26,908 bases of DNA from an uncultured Clostridium sp. (GTDB lineage Bacteria; Bacillota; Clostridia; TANB77; CAG-508): the NCBI GenBank assembly GCA_964587175.1, contig CAZPKK010000017.1, forward strand, positions 1 to 26,908. The letters are read 5' to 3'. The position numbers and the translations under genes were made by a program. Positions 26,279 to 26,908 of this stretch are shown here, piece after piece; positions within the stretch are counted from its first letter, which is position 1; every line of letters starts with the position of its first letter. The notes under the pieces are model-generated. The model saw only the letters and a list, made by a program, of their open reading frames with translations, searched no databases and was not told the DNA's origin.

Positions 26279-26908
26279 TTATTTCATATTCCATAACGTG
26301 CATCCATCATATGTTTCTCCACTATCTGTAAGTGAGACATCAGACTCTAGAGAAACTACGGGACGGACGCCGCAATAGTCATTGCCCGTAGTGCCGTACG
26401 AGTAGTACAAGTCGCAACCGCCCACGCCGCCACGGTACACACCGCGCAACCCAAAGCCCGCATAGGAGGAGCCGGTACCGACATACGACGAGCCAAGCCA
26501 GTACCATACGCCATCAGTTGAGCCAGAACCGCCTGTATTAGCTCCTGTACTACTATTTGTGAATAACATCTTATATGCTGTACTTTCTGTTGAAATTCCT
26601 TCTGTTTGTCCATTATTGGAGTCTGTTAATGTGTTTGGATAGTACCAATAATAGTTGCTTTCTAGGGTTGTTATTTCTCCTGATTCACCAGTATCATATG
26701 CTGATGATTGCCAGCCTGATGCTGAATCATACCAATAGAAACTAAGATGAGTAGAACTTAATGTTCCTATTCGATCATTTGTTGCTTCATAATATATAAC
26801 ACCTGTTTCAAACCAATAATATGTTACTTTGTTTCCATATTCATATATGTAGCTTGCACCATATTTTGTGCCTGACCCTGTTTGCTCTGGGTCATATACT
26901 CCTACATT
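26279..26908 (-). CDS. Partial (5'-truncated by the window edge) Tyr/Trp/Gly-rich putative surface or ligand-binding protein with a hypervariable-type C-terminal cassette
   Basis: By hand translation the frame stays open from the stop at 26279 to the window edge: ...NVGVYDPEQTGSGTKYGASYIYEYGNKVTYYWFETGVIYYEATNDRIGTLSSTHLSFYWYDSASGWQSSAYDTGESGEITTLESNYYWYYPNTL...MLFTNSS.... The M at 26569 is internal, not the start. The C-terminus ends ...YCGVRPVVSLESDVSLTDSGETYDGCTLWNMK. Confidence 0.75.
   Translation of the reverse strand, partial: NVGVYDPEQTGSGTKYGASYIYEYGNKVTYYWFETGVIYYEATNDRIGTLSSTHLSFYWYDSASGWQSSAYDTGESGEITTLESNYYWYYPNTLTDSNNGQTEGISTESTAYKMLFTNSSTGANTGGSGSTDGVWYWLGSSYVGTGSSYAGFGLRGVYRGGVGGCDLYYSYGTTGNDYCGVRPVVSLESDVSLTDSGETYDGCTLWNMK
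26354..26533 (-). other. Candidate DGR variable region (VR) inside the 3' end of the partial CDS
   Basis: There is an abrupt switch to GC-rich, A-poor codons. By my count the Gly codons are 12 GGC, 4 GGT, 1 GGG and 0 GGA. Arg is CGN only, and Ser codons 26/27/33/34/56 in the core are TCG/TCC (two TCT/TCA Ser codons sit at the cassette's 5' margin). The boundaries are sharp and the 3' end is the G/C run gcggcgtccgtccc. See findings. Confidence 0.55.

Noticed and set aside
26356-26613. An 85-aa alternative-frame minus-strand ORF overlapping the GC-rich cassette
   Set aside because: It is open only because the A-poor patch lacks stop codons. It has no RBS. The other frame is continuous with the long flanking ORF and gives a sensible protein.

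Overview
This is an AT-rich window (well under 35% GC by eye) with strong GGAGG-type ribosome-binding sites and CCA-encoding tRNAs, consistent with a low-GC Firmicutes (Clostridia-like) chromosome. Most of it is ordinary housekeeping. On the minus strand: a CbpA-like J-protein, yqeK, ddl, murF, a YbiT-like ABC-F ATPase, corA, a GT39/ArnT-like membrane glycosyltransferase, a VanW protein, an SDR reductase, tRNA-Thr/Glu/Lys, a DUF1858-like protein and gyrA. On the plus strand: tRNA-Lys(CUU), glyA, an XRE-S24 repressor-like protein, a CBM-like protein, and a DnaD-domain protein plus dnaI. Three things stand out. (1) At the right edge, a partial minus-strand gene just upstream of gyrA carries a sharply bounded, GC-rich, adenine-depleted cassette of about 180 nt near its 3' end. 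It has the codon signature of a diversity-generating retroelement (DGR) variable region, but no template repeat, reverse transcriptase or Avd is in the window. (2) A compact, apparently intact four- to five-gene T4SS-like operon (17.9-21.5 kb: coupling-protein-like ATPase, VirB2-like, VirB6-like, VirB3/TcpE-like) has no VirB4, relaxase or integrase nearby. (3) At the left edge, a second conjugation module begins at a consensus promoter, and its TraG/VirD4 coupling-protein gene is frame-broken exactly in the Walker A codons. A roughly 240-nt hairpin-dense, GC-enriched intergenic block between the ABC-F gene and murF may be an unclassified structured RNA. I saw no CRISPR array, transposase or integrase.
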